A stretch of 64,000 bases of DNA from Bugula neritina (lineage: Eukaryota; Animalia; Bryozoa). The notes below the pieces were generated by a model. It did not search any database and had not been told where the DNA came from. It saw only the letters and a program-made list of their open reading frames with translations. The stretch spans positions 24,878,628-24,942,627 of the forward strand of contig OZ037767.1 of NCBI GenBank assembly GCA_964035545.1, in the 5' to 3' direction. This document shows, one piece after another, positions 1-13,876 of the stretch (positions are counted from its first letter, which is position 1; every line of letters starts with the position of its first letter). Position numbers and translations under genes: made by a program.

Positions 1-3000
1 CCAGGATACCAACAGAAGGTGCAAGTCTCTGGCTAGCCACGGTTTGTTGTTTGTGGGAAGTGGAGTCAGTGGTGGGGAGGAAGGTGCTCGCTACGGCCCC
101 TCTCTCATGCCCGGTGGTCACAAGGATGCTTGGTTAGCATTATTCTAGTTATATTAGTAGAGTAAAATCATAACTCTGGCTTGTCTTTTGAGTAAATTAA
201 GTTTGAGTTTTGCCTCATTTTAAATTAACTACAATAACAGAGAATTTCAAATCACTCAAAATTATTTAAAGTTTGATATAATCACTAGATTATGCACACT
301 TAGACTGCGCACCTGTAACTGTATCATGATGTATTGACTAATAGAAATGCTGAGTTCACAGTTTGGGTAGGATTCTCTATGAAATCCGCAAGCACTCGGC
401 TAAACGTCTGTGATCTCTTATTCGGTTTCTGTTGAAGGAACTTTTATGCTGTTGACAGTCTCTGTTCATCCTATTAGCACAATAACTAAATGCATCTTCT
501 TTAGGCCTCATATCAAGCCAATCTTCCAGGCGATTGCAGCAAAGGTTGGAGATGAGCCTTGCTGTGATTGGGTAAGTTAAAATGTCTCATCAGTTATACT
601 TATCATTTATTCAGACCTGGTAAATTGCTGTATAAATTTGAGTGCAGCCTCTGCCAATATAGATAATTTGCTATACAAGAATTTGTTGGGATTTATCCGC
701 AAATGATTTGTAAGAATATGATCAAAAAATATGTTTTTTACTGAAGTTCATCTCAAAATTTAATGTGGTTGTCTTCTTTTTAGAAGTTCAACACAACTGA
801 AAAATGAATGATTAATAAAATAAATTAATGTTTTTAATTATTCTTCATAAACATATAAATTTTATTTAACATTTGTTGAAAACTTACATACAATCACTTC
901 AAGTTTGTAAAATACACTTTGTTATAAGAAGAAATTATTTTGTGCATGGTTGCTTATAACTCATAACTGCACAACATTAGTTTTGAACTTTTTCACCATC
1001 TCAGATTGATAATGCAAGCTCTTTAAAGCACTATTGGGCCATCATTATTGTGGCCATATTACATGCCGAGTTTATTATTACGAGTAAGCAACTCCTAGTG
1101 CTATCACCTATCCTAGTCTGAGAGACTTCATTCAGTACATTGTATACTACACCTACAGGTGGGTGATGAAGGAGCCGGTCATTTTGTGAAGATGGTTCAC
1201 AACGGCATCGAGTATGGTGACATGCAGCTGTGCTGTGAGGCTTACCACCTCATGAAGGATTCACTGGGCATGAGTCATGAAGAGATGAGCGCTGTGAGTG
1301 TCACTGCTACTCTTACTGAGTACTTCTACTACCTGCTACTATTACTATAAACTACAAGTACTTCTAGTAGTATTATAGACTACTAGTACTGTTCATATTA
1401 CTATTGACTACTAGTTCTACTAATATTATAAACTACTAGTACTACTAATATTACTATAAACTACTAGTTTTACTAATATCATAGTTTGCTACTAGTTCTA
1501 CTAGTATTAGTAATATCACTACTAGTATAGCTAATCGCTACTAATATCACCATTGGCTATTAGTACTACTACTCATTGCTAGTACCACTGATTACTACGT
1601 GTATCTATTTATTTAATACTAGTACTACTACCTACCGGTGTACTAATCACTAATTTCTCATGTATCAGTCTCAGCTAGATTAGAGTCAGTCTGATCTCCT
1701 TTGCAAACTGACTGCATTCAAAGTGAGATCAATACATAGGACATCGGTGACTACTTATTTTAGTCGCACAATACTATAGCATCATATTTAAGAGTTTTCT
1801 TTCCTTTCTATGCGTGCTTTAGTAAATTTTTAATTGAAAGTTCATATCAATGGCAATGATGCCTTAGAATACAAAATGAATATACAGCACTGAGTTATAA
1901 TCAACATTATATTATTTAATTTGTCAAATTTAAGAGATGGTTCTCATTTCAACTGCTTGAATAATATGTATACGTTGGGTTTTACAAGTTCATTTGAGAA
2001 ACTGATGATTCATGTATGTTGTTTACTCAGGCGTTTGAGGAGTGGAACAAGGGGGAACTTGACTCTTTCCTCATTGAGATAACTAAGGATATCCTGAAGT
2101 ACAAGGAGGAAGGCGAGTCAGAGTACCTGGTAGAGAAGATCAAGGACACTGCTGGACAGGTGAGAAGTTGTGTGCCCCTGTCTAACTTCTCCAATACCTA
2201 TCCTTACTAAAACAAATGTTTTAATGTGAAATATTACTTTCTTGCAATTCTATTAAAATTCTCACGCGTTTTTATGGCAGTAAAAATTATCAAAAGTTTA
2301 GCTTTAAATTTTTCAAATGTTATATTCCTAGTTTAGATAGCTCATTGCTCAGTTTATTGTGTAGTCAATGGGTAAGATCTAGAGTTTAAACGTATTCCAA
2401 GTTTTTTTATACTTGGTGGGAATGGCAAATGTATGCTACAACCTATCTAAATAGTATATAAGTTAAAGGTCTGATATGGTGTTGTGGATAAATGTGGGAG
2501 TTGCAATCCCTCTATAAAAAGTCGGGCTGATTGTCTCACCTTAACACTTTAATACATTCCTTCTGCGTTGGTACTAAGCTGATCTCCAACAACTGTAACA
2601 GTATATGTGTAAATTTCTGAAATTGATTAGCCAATGCTGCCTAAAACAGATGTTTTTGCATTTACAAGTATTAACCAACAACGAACTGTATTTTTAGAAA
2701 GGAACGGGTAAATGGACTGCCATCTCAGCTCTGGAGTATGGCATGCCAGTCACTCTGATAGGAGAGTCAGTGTTTGCAAGGTGCTTGTCCTCTTTGAAAG
2801 ATGAGAGAGTGGCAGCCAGCAAGGTGCTGAAAGGACCGTCAACAGCAAAATACGCTGGAGACAAGAAGGCGTTTGTAGAGCACATTAGAAAGGTGAGGAT
2901 GTATAAAAAGCTAGACAAATTAGTTACTAAGGCAGGTGTATGCACCAGCGTAAGTAGCGAAATACTGGTATATGTGCTGATATAAGAAATGGTGTAAGTA

Positions 3001-6000
3001 CCGGTTTTAGTACTTTTACTGTAAGTCCTGAAGTAAGTGTTGGTGTAAGTATCTTGTACTTTGCTCTGATTGAAGTCACATGTACACAGCCACGTCCCCT
3101 CTTGTTTTCATTTGGTTTATACTCTCTGAATGTAGTTAATAGATTCCCTGTAGGATATAGCAGGATTATTACTTCTTTACTTTTAATATTGTTTTCTCAT
3201 AACAAAATCAGAATATGTAACTGGCTTATGTAGCTCAGTCGTACTAGATGGTGCATCTCCCCCCATTAGAACCTTTTAGTTGTTATCTCCCCTTCCCTCA
3301 CTAAAAGGTACATCTCACTTATTAGAGCTTTTCAGTTGTTATCATCCTTCCTCCTCCCATCAGTGTAACAGCACAGCTCAGGGTAGCATCTCTCGCTGAG
3401 AACTACAAAGCTGACATTCAGAGTTGAATTTTTTCAGATGTTATTTTGAACTTCTCATTCGACTTGAGTTATCAGATGAAAGGTTAATACATACCTCTTA
3501 TGTCATGTAGTCTGAACACAATGTAATAGCTGTATTGGTGGAGGGACTTAAAGTTTGATTAATGATCACCAGGCGACACCATGCAGTTTATCTTTGTTGT
3601 CTTCACCACCAGCTGAATCATCTCAATCTCAATCTGCCGGTTTGGTTCGTTACGCTTCAGAGATCAGTTTATGAGTTCAGCAGAATAATGATACACTTAC
3701 AGTTCATATTGCGATACACTTACAGTTGACATTACAATACACTTACTGTTAATATTCAAATGTATACTTACAGTTGAGCTTTCGTTTTCTTTCTCTTTGC
3801 TGGTGCAAATATTAACACTTCGGGTTACTAGAAAAGATGCCATGGATTTTGTTGCTACATCCAGTTTCTAGTGTTAGTTTTGCTTAAATTTAAATAACTG
3901 TAACAGTTTTATATCTGTTTGATTAATACTATAATGCAAGGAAACATCATGTCATACTGTAAAGCAATCTTTACTCTAATATAGCTAACAATGCAGAATG
4001 TTTTCACCTTTTATAAGAATGGCCTATGTATGTTTATATAAATTAGGATACTCTGGTGCCTTATTTGTGGAGTGAATAATATAATTGTATGTGTACTCGT
4101 ATGCTTGTTGCAGGCTCTATACGCATCCAAGATAGTCTCATACGCTCAAGGGTTTATGCTGATGAGACAAGCTGCTAAAGAACTGAACTGGACTCTGAAC
4201 TATGGAGCCATTGCTCTCATGTGGAGAGGCGGATGTATTATCAGGAGGTAAGACTATTGTACGCCACTCCTACACCAGCATAGCCCATCATTTGGTTGCC
4301 AAGACTGCAGAATTCTCTCATGAAACCTGTCTGCAGTTTAAAAGCAGGAAGAGCTAACAAATAGTTGAGGTTTATAATAAGTACCAAGAGAAGATAATTC
4401 ATATCATGTTCAAAATGAAACCTCATTTGGGTTCCAGTCGCTAGCTAGATATTTAGCTCTGTAGGCAGAGGTGCTACTTAAACCTTTGTATAATAATTTA
4501 CTCTCCGTGTCTACTTTGAGCGTCACTGGTCACTGAGATTCTGCAACTAATCAAGTCTCACATTTCTGTTGTGGCGCGATGACTGCTGCCTTGTCTAAGC
4601 ACCTACAGACTCTCAGTTATTGTTGTGTCATACATAACTAATGTATGTAGCTTTTTAGAGTGTTATATATTCTGTTAGCTGTGTTGAAGTAAACCTACTC
4701 TTTTGAGTTACTAGCTCAAGTTAATTTGAATATAATGGATTTAGTTAACATTTATTTGGTATCCCCTCCCAACACACTAACTACTTCAAGAGTAACACTT
4801 CTATAGCATCTTTCAACAAACTATTCCTAATTTGCTCCGATATTTTAGCTGTTACACTTTGAAGTAACAAGATTTCTTTACTAGGTTTATCTTATGCCTG
4901 ACTAACCCCAGTAAATGCTTACCATCCTGTTAGCTGCTCCCTGATATGTTTGATTTAGTCTTTTGTTCTTAATAATTAACACTTGGTTGCGGATATTATG
5001 TTTATTTGCCATTTTTAGTCGATTTCTTGGAAACATCCGGGAGGCGTTCAATAAAGATTCGGAGTTGAAGAACCTGCTGATGGATGACTTCTTCACTAAG
5101 GCTATTCATGAATGTCAGGTACAGCGCAAAATAACAATTAACCAATAATATTGAAATTTGGAATTTACTGTTGGTTTTATTTCAAAATAGCACAATACGG
5201 ATAAATTAGTGACTATCAATCTTGTATCTGAGTAAGCAGCTATGGGTAGATTATAGGAGTCATGGCCACATTTAGTTGTCAAACAGTTTCAATAAGTAGT
5301 CAAATCTTGGTCTGATATGAGCATTTGTTTCAGTCAATAAAATGCATGGGAAAATTTCTCTTGATATGTTGATATGACTATTACTAGTGTATACTATTAC
5401 TAATATATTTGCTCTAATCATTTCTCTAATTATTCTTAATGAATTATTTTGAAGGATTCATGGAGAGTTGTCGTCTCTCAAGCCGCCCTTCTGGGAATCC
5501 CTGTGCCAGCCTTCAGCACTGCCCTAGCATTCTATGATGGCTATAGACACGCCAGTCTACCAGCTAATCTTATCCAGGTAGTTGTCTAACTTTGCTAGAC
5601 TCACTTACTATAGGTACCTTACTTACTATATATACCTTACTTACTATATGTACCTCACTTACTGTATGTACCTCACTCACTGTATGTACCTACCTCACTT
5701 ACTATACTTACCTCACTTACTATATGTACCTCACTTACTATACGTACCTCACTTACTGTATGTGCCATACTTACTATATGTACTACACTTACTACATATA
5801 TATGTGCACGCCATGTATTTGTTTTCAATTCCAGCATATATGGTATAAGTTTGTATGACTTACTTACAGTAACTTAAATATGTTTACTTTTCATCTGCAA
5901 GCAAAATTTTTCTTCAATCATATTCACAGTATTGGCAGTAGTATAGAACATTAATGACTATTGTATTATAATATATTATAATAATATAATAATGTACAAT

Positions 6001-6129
6001 ATTTCACAGGCACAAAGAGATTACTTTGGTGCTCATACTTATGAACTGCTCTCTAATCCTGGAAAATTCCAACACACCAACTGGACGGGCCGGGGAGGAA
6101 ACGTCTCGTCCTCCACATATGATGCCTAA
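1..6129 (+). CDS. PGD: 6-phosphogluconate dehydrogenase, decarboxylating (5' part lies upstream of the window)
   Basis: Exons <1-132, 505-571, 1159-1293, 2031-2159, 2698-2892, 4114-4247, 5019-5118, 5455-5577, 6010-6129, all GT-AG and phase-consistent. Motifs [70 protein letters not shown]; ends SSTYDA*. Confidence 0.98.
5600..5800. repeat. 18-bp minisatellite (TACCTCACTTACTATATG-like) in the last PGD intron
   Basis: About 10 imperfect tandem units visible; source of the spurious Y/L/T-rich ORFs at 5582-5858. Confidence 0.85.
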
Positions 6130-8244
6130 GGCCACCCCCTGCTATGAGTCAGTCACATTATAGTGCTATGACTCATGCCATCTACAGGCCTTCAGTCCAA
6201 ATAACGCGTGTTAGTGTGGACTTGCATTCAGATTCCTACAAAGTTGAGCAGCTGGGTTGTGCCACTCTCCTGATATTTTTCTGTTGAGACTGTCAAACTT
6301 CAAACCTGAAGTTAAAGTATTGATAGCCAATGTGGCTGTGTCAAAGTTAAGGCTTGGACTTTCTTTGACTTTGCTGCTACATTCTCTTTTATGAATATGT
6401 GAAAAACTTTCACACATAAAGATCTACAGAAATGCTCTGCTACACTATTTCATGAATCTGTATGCTTGAACATGTTAATTCGTTTTTCTAATTTAAAATA
6501 AAATTCTACTACTCATTTTTAATATCAAGTAATATATTAAACTGTGATTTTATAACATTGAGGTTTTGTACTAACCTTTATTTTCACTCGAATCTGTCTA
6601 ACTTATTGCAATGAATAGGCTATATATAATATTAGGGTTTAAACACTACTTTATGCTCATCACAATAATATATTATTGTAATGCATTCCTCATTCGTCAT
6701 AATAAAGCAACCTCTGAAATGTAATTCAGTACCTGTTAGTATTTTGCTCTGTTGCCATGGTTACAAGTATTAGTTTGCGCCAACCGACAAATTTAGCCTA
6801 TAATTCTCAGGACTGCCACTTCTCATACCACAGTTTTTGCGTTAAATAGCCTTTTTCCTTAAAGTTGTACAGAGCTAATGGGGTGGTGTACTCAACCTCT
6901 CGCTCTGTAGACTACTAACTCTGTGATAGTTTATAGTAGGATAATGATAAAGGCAAGCTTATTCACGGTCTGCTTCACTTCCATCAACTTATCATAAGTG
7001 AGTCATTACATATCAAACAGAGGTGAGACTTGATTCTGTTCAGTTCTACTTTTCTGTATGGAATAAGATACTATTTCTCCAAATCAAATAAGATACTGCT
7101 TCTCTATACAGAATAGGATTGTACTCCTTCTTGTTATCTTCAGTATTAACTAACACGGTAAGTTTGTACAATCCAGCAGTAACCTGTGAACAGATCATGT
7201 ACAATGTACATAACTTTCAATTTTTTTAGTAAACAATAGATCAGTGTTCTATTGGTTTAAATGAATGTACAATGCATAAAAATACTTAAATTTTAAATTC
7301 CAATATATTTCGAGCTTAATTTAGGCTCTCTTTTTAAAGCGGATGCTGTTATAACAAATACATTTTGCATGAGAAAATATTTGCTATTGAAATACAATTG
7401 TTGTTGGTTTCAAGTATAAATTCTATGTCAAAAAGGCAGAAGCTCCACATTGTACTATGTAGTGTCATCTATCATGGATGATTCACAGTTGGGAGTTGAG
7501 TTTGATAATTGATATATCTTATGTAAATGTCATTAATTAGTTCTGACTGTTAAGTTAGTTCCTTGTGAATGTATAAAGCATGTATAATGATTCATATATA
7601 TTTGTCTATAGTGAATATGTATACAATATATACTATATAGCATGTGTAATAATTTATATATTGGTCTACATAATAATCTATTGCAAATGTATATAATATA
7701 GTATGTATAATGACTCATTATAGTCTATAGTGAATGCATAATGATTCATGCATAATGGCCGAGTAATCAACTAATCCTAAATATTATTTCTTTCTTTCTG
7801 GCTTTTAATGATACAAACTGAAAACTTCACATGCTATATTTTAAGGGTTGTGTTAGCAGTTAGCCTTCCTGATTGGACACTAAACACTAAGGGTTCATTA
7901 TAGTTCTCAGGCTAAGCTCACCGCTAAGGGCTAATCTGCTAAAGATTGTATTTGTAGACAACTTTACCTTGTGGTTTTATTGTATATGAAATTGTTCAAC
8001 CTTACTTGATATGCATACATGTTCTGCGATAGTTAGTATTATATACATAACACTTAATTTTACAATATTCCATATCAATACATTACATTGCTTGAGTTTC
8101 GAGCTTTTATTAGCCATGTTTAAGCATAGCTGATGTATTTTGTAGATACTGCCTATCTCCATAACTGTTTCCATAGTGTTTGGTGATACAAAAGTGTACC
8201 ATATATTTATTATTCACATACTTCCTGTTTACGCTTGACACGAC

Positions 8245-10683
8245 ATGGAGAAGACTGGCACCTTCCTGGCAGTTTTACTCATCTGCTGCATTGCATCATC
8301 TTCCAGCACATTTTTAAGACAAAAAAGATTTGACAGCGAGGCGTTTATGAAAGATCTTCACAAGTGTAAGTTTATTTATTAAATTAATTTCTCCATTAGC
8401 CTCTGGTTTTAGGCTCCATTTTGGCTAAGAAAATACAAATAGTTTTAATCAATGAATAAGCCTTATTGTTTTAATGCAATATATCCAATAATATGATTTA
8501 TTTAACTTAGTATTATAATGCTTAATAATCTGATACAATGACTATTATACAATGTAATAGTTATAGCAATAAATATTTCTTTAAGCTCAAACTTTGTTTA
8601 TAAAATTTAGACATTTATAATAATATTATAAATTATAGAATATTCCCTCAAGTTTTCTGCTCAACAACTCAATGAGTCATCATCAGCAGTTAGACATGAA
8701 ATAATTACTTTTTGTCTTGAACTTAATAAACCTAATACGTCAATAATATAACATAATATAACAATGTTATAATATAATACAACAATAATATAATATAATA
8801 CAACAATAATATAATATAATGAAACAATAATATGATATAATATAACAATAATATAATATAGTACTAATATAATATAACAATAATATAATTTAATGTGATG
8901 TAACAATTATAACATAATATAATCGTAATATAACAATAGTATAATATAGTGTAGTGTAACATGTATTTAATATAAATATATAATATAATAAAATATAATG
9001 GTGTACTTAGCATAACATAATTATAATATAATTTACAATGTATTGCAAATGTGTACACAGTATAGTACATTATAACATTTTGATGCAACAATAATATATA
9101 GTAATAACATGTTAATATAATTATAATAATTTAATTGAAGCTAGGCTAGTACCTATATACACAATTATTTATAAAATTATAATGCAGTGTAATGCAACAA
9201 TAAACGTAATAGGCTATAATATAATTATGATATTTTTATGAAATGTTAAAATTGAATATGGTTGTGATGTATACATATTGATGTTATAATAATATATAAT
9301 TATAATATCATAATGTAATGCAACAGTGTACACAGTATTGCATTGCTTTTGTAGCTTTAGCAAACCTACAAGGCAGTGGAAGTGGAAACGATAACTCCAA
9401 TGGCAATGACAATATTGGTGTACACAATGGTCTGAATAACACTGGTGAGTAGACAAGCTTTTGGAAAGCTTCTCTTGGTAAATTTGCATATGTTTTAAAA
9501 TAATTGCATAGCATTTAGTAAAGCTGGCTGCTATTTGATGTAATATAGAGAAGAAGTTCAGGGCTCGGGCCCTCACAAGCCCTCACAAATAATATACTAC
9601 AGTGCTCCCTCCGTATCTCACCAAGCCTTGTGTCCCAAAACTTCGATCCGTGACATATTAGAATACCATATTTAACTCACGAATCCGTTAAATTCTGCCA
9701 TTTTGTCTCTATATCAGTGAGATATGGAGGGAGCACTGTACATTAAAATTAGATTGGTTGAATGAGAGAACTTTAAAGTGCAATATGCAACCTGTCACAT
9801 TATACTATATAAACTTTTAAAATTTTAGACATTGATACTTGTAGGTAAATGTTATGTAAACAGTAGAAGCATTCATATAATGTACAACGATTCTACATTG
9901 TATTATTATAGGTTTCATAAGACTCAAAATGTTATAACAATGTTGGGCATTTAATAAAAAGTTTTACCAATTCTATGTTTACTAAAATATAAAATATGAA
10001 ACGTGTATAATTGAGTATATAGAATAATACAAACAAGTGTCTATAAATTTATTATAGGAATAGAAAATGGAAATAATAATACCGGGAGTTTCAATGGTAA
10101 CTACAATGAAGGGGATTCTAATGGCAACGACAACTATGGCGATTTTAACGGAAACTTCAATGGTGGCAGTGGAAATGGAAATGGTAACGTTGGGTTTGGT
10201 AATGGCAACGGTAATGGCAATGGAAACATTGTTATTGGTAAGCATAAATAAACATTCAGCTAGATCTCATGTGTTTTTTAACTTGTAAGAAACGAGGAGC
10301 AGTGATAATTTTTAAGATTTTGATTGTAAATTATGTAATCAATCAATAACAGAGATTATATTATAATCATATACACTTTTAACTTTTTTAAAAAATATTT
10401 ATTGCTATAAGATATATTTTAAAATATGGTGCGTAATTATATCACTCTATTTGCATATATGACATATAATTGACCATACAAAGAAGTATATAAGATATTT
10501 TTGTATATTTTAGATGAAGGTACGATAAAAGATAAAGTTCTTCCTCCTCCAAACCCTTCAAATACTCTTATTCATGCTGATCATAATACTCGTGGTATAG
10601 GGCTAAACTCCAGCTCCAGCTTTGCCTTTTCTTCCATCTATCTTCTTCTTTCAGCTATAGCTTTGATTGTCTCATCATTTTAA
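8245..10683 (+). CDS. Secreted, predicted GPI-anchored Asn/Gly-repeat protein A (~186 aa)
   Basis: Exons 8245-8365, 9355-9444, 10058-10237, 10514-10683, all introns phase 1. Signal peptide MEKTGTFLAVLLICCIASSSS; furin-type RQKR; 9-mer repeats G-x-x-N-G-N-x-N-x (GIENGNNNT GSFNGNYNE GDSNGNDNY GDFNGNFNG GSGNGNGNV); C-terminal NSSSS plus hydrophobic tail FAFSSIYLLLSAIALIVSSF*; AATAAA at 10817. Confidence 0.85.
9600..9738. mobile_element. Tc1/mariner-type MITE (139 bp)
   Basis: 22-bp TIRs CAGTGCTCCCTCCGTATCTCAC / GTGAGATATGGAGGGAGCACTG (1 mismatch), flanked by TA on both sides. Confidence 0.85.
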
Positions 10684-11666
10684 GTGCTTCTTTATTGTCA
10701 TTTGTTCACTGCTTTGCAAAATTCGCTGTTTATTGGCTTGAATTATTTTGCCTATAACTTAATAACATGTAAATACTATTTTATATTTTTATGTAACTTT
10801 TTAGCTGTTATTTCTCAATAAAATGCTATAAATTTAAAAATTGATATTATATTTACCTAACTTAGCTGATCATCGCCATAGTAGTCAGTGATTGTATTTT
10901 TATTATGTTAATTTTAATAGCACTCCAATTAGTCAAAAAAATATATATAATTATTTTTCAATGTTATGAAAATTTCAATAAGCTTATAATGTAATAATAT
11001 AATAAAGAATTATTCAACACATAGTAAGTGTATTATGAAGCTAATACATATCTACATATTATTTTAGTAGTCTATACTCAGATTGGTGGATTGAGCTTGT
11101 ACATAATATATTATGCTATCATTGCTAGCTGGCTGCAACCCTTAACTTGCTCATGTCCACTCACAATAATTATATGCATTCCTTAAAAAAATGTTGATGA
11201 CTTGAGCATATGCCGGCTGTTTGATTCAATTTCATACAGAATAATATTTTATTTTGAAGCTTTAATATGGTTAGAATCTTTTAATTTTATATATTAATTG
11301 ATGGTCCAAGTAACTTAATAGTCTTTCATATTTAATAAAGGTATCTTGTTTGTAATTTGTTTACTAACTTGGCATTTTTATATGTAATCATTCTTGTTGT
11401 TGCTTGGGTGCAAATTCTAACTGAATATATGCTAGCTAGTACTATGAAACATACACTGAATGATACCGTTAATAGCTATAACGTATTACCATGGCAAGAC
11501 ACATTACAGCCTGTCACTTTCTAACTAATCAGTATGTTGCAAAACATTAATACGTAAATTAGCAGTTTTCTAACAACATGCCGTACTTTGCAGTCCCTTA
11601 CTCCAGACATCCTTACACTAATTGTGATAGTGAAGTAACATCCCTGCATCCTGCAATTTGTTTTAG

Positions 11667-13876
11667 ATGGATCAAATATCTTCAGCATTACGGCAAATTC
11701 TGAAATAGAAGATCAGGAATATTATACCACAACAGAAGTGTTTACAGACACACCAGGTGAGTGGACAATTAGCACAGAGCCACCAAATCTGCCTTCTGCT
11801 TCTACAGTGCCAGTTACCAATGACTCATCCGCAGGCATGACTCAGCCTTTGCCAACTGTAACCAAGGGTAGCGGGAAGGAACAAAAATATAATGGTGAGT
11901 CTACTGAAGTGTAGCATTAGGGAAAAAATTAGCTCTATCGAGAATTAGAAGTAGCAGACTTGACTTATTTGATGAATACTTAGAAAAGTTCAAGTTTATC
12001 TGCCATTGTTGTTATCTTTGGTCAAATGTTTGTTGCTGCTCCATAAATCAAACTTTCCTCTTCAACTTAGAAATAATTACTTAAACTGTGTAGTGATGCC
12101 TAAGGCCTTTCGTATTATTTGCACATGTTTTATTGCCATAGAAACTGGTGATATTGTGTTAACAGTATTCCAGTACCCACAAATTTGCACAGTTACAGTT
12201 AAATTGATTCTTATTACACAATAAAATATAAATATAAATTTGATTATGATGTTAAGTTTGTTACTTTTTCCGTTCAGGATCTTACAATGGAAAAGGAAAC
12301 ATTGGCAAAGACAATGGAAAAAACAATAAAGGCAACTTTAATGGCAATTATAATATTGGTAATAATAATGGAAATAATAATGGAAACAACAATACTGATG
12401 GAAGTAATGGAAATGGAAATGGTAATGGCAATTGGGGAAGTAACAATGGTAATGGAAATGGTAATGGCAATTGGGGAAGTAACAATGGTAATGGAAATGG
12501 TAATGGCAATTGGGGAAGTAACAATGGAAATGGAAATGGTAATGGCAATTGGGGAAGTAACAATGGCAATGGAAATGGTAATGGCAATTGGGGAGATAAT
12601 AATGGCAATGGATATGGTAATGGCAATTGGGGAGACAATAATGGTAATGGGTACGGCAATGGCAACAGCAATGGTAATGTAACTATTATTATAAATTTAC
12701 AGTACACCATAAACTCGTAATATAAATATAAAATTAAAACTAAAATAATTTTTTAGATTATTTCGGGGAAAGTGGGGATAGTTGAACCACAAAGTTAGTT
12801 AAACCACATGCTCTAAATTTTCTCTTTTAAATCATTGCACTATTTTATCGCCTTCACTTGAGAGCGTTTTAGGTGAAATACAAGACATATAGAAATGTAT
12901 AAAATCAAAGCAGTAGTTTTTAGGTGAGCGAGTATTTTTTACAGTTTTTGCATAAAAAATGAGCAAACTGAAAATTTATTTTTTCATAACATGTTGCATT
13001 GCTTCTCAAATTTTAAAAGCTCAGTCAAATAAATTCATGCATGTATTGTCAACACGCTTTCAAAGCTGGGCAATGATCTAAAGTTGCAGGGATATCTCAT
13101 TCACAGCAAATATTGACAATAATTTGTTGCGTGACAGTGTGGGGCTAGTTGAACCACAAAGAAAGTAAGGCAAGTTGAGCCAGGTACAACTTGCCCCACT
13201 AATTATTTTCGCTGCGTTAATTATAATTGGGATGCACACCAGATTTTACATTTAAGTTTATATTTTTCTTAAGTAAAATATTTCTGCCATCAATATATAA
13301 ATCCAAATGTACATTTAGTCCTAGACCAAACAAAAATGTAGGTCAACAGTATAATTAAACTATTCAACTACTATATTTTGAATACGGTGTGTGTTTTGGG
13401 TTATTATAGTTACAGCTCTGCCATTTATGCATTCATCAATTTGTTATTAAAATACATCTAGCAAAAATGTTTTTGCTAAACTTCTCCCATTCAACTACTA
13501 GAAACAATGTTATAGCTTATATAATCATTTTCTAGAAGTAGAAATACCAGGGAATGGCACAGCAACTACAACAGTTGAAACATCACAAGAATCTTTCTCG
13601 TCAACGGTGCTGGCCATCATCAAACCTGTGACAGAAGAAGAAGTTGTCAAAGACATCAGTGGTGCCAATGATCTCTCAATTCCTGGTGAAATTTATTCAG
13701 GGGATATTGTAGAGATTCTCAGAAATGACTCGAAAAGAAATGAGTTGATCAATCAAATCTCTGAAGTCTTTCCAGGTGTTGATGATTATATAAGAAGTGG
13801 TGCGTCCAGCATGCACTTGATCTGCTCGGCAAATGCGGCTATATTTCTTGTACTTTTGAAAAAGTTGCTTTTATAA
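11667..13876 (+). CDS. Asn/Gly-repeat, predicted GPI-anchored protein B (first exon unresolved; may be a 3' alternative of gene A)
   Basis: Exons 11667-11894 (S/T/P/E-rich), 12278-12673 (9-mers, then six W-ending 13-mers such as GSNNGNGNGNGNW and GDNNGNGYGNGNW), 13536-13876 (ends RSGASSMHLICSANAAIFLVLLKKLLL*). All phase 1; AATAAA at 13979. Confidence 0.75.
12400..12673 (+). repeat. Coding 39-bp tandem repeat (GGAAGTAACAATGGTAATGGAAATGGTAATGGCAATTGG)
   Basis: About 7 units, frame-preserving; variation is mostly at third positions of the Gly/Asn frame. Confidence 0.9.
12764..13200. mobile_element. Probable DNA-transposon terminal fragment
   Basis: GTGGGG(A/C)TAGTTGAACCACAAAG occurs at ~12770 and ~13138, with an inverted CAACTTGCCCCAC at ~13187. 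No TSD identified. Confidence 0.3.

Noticed and set aside
6144-6177. Hairpin / paired AP-1 sites in the PGD 3' UTR
   Set aside because: Short; explained by a small repeat of a near-palindromic motif; no supporting context.
12287-12710. M/V/E-rich (+) and P/L-rich (-) ORFs, also 10067-10288 and 9982-10245
   Set aside because: Wrong-frame or antisense shadows of the Asn-Gly exons; splice phases fit only the Gly/Asn frame.
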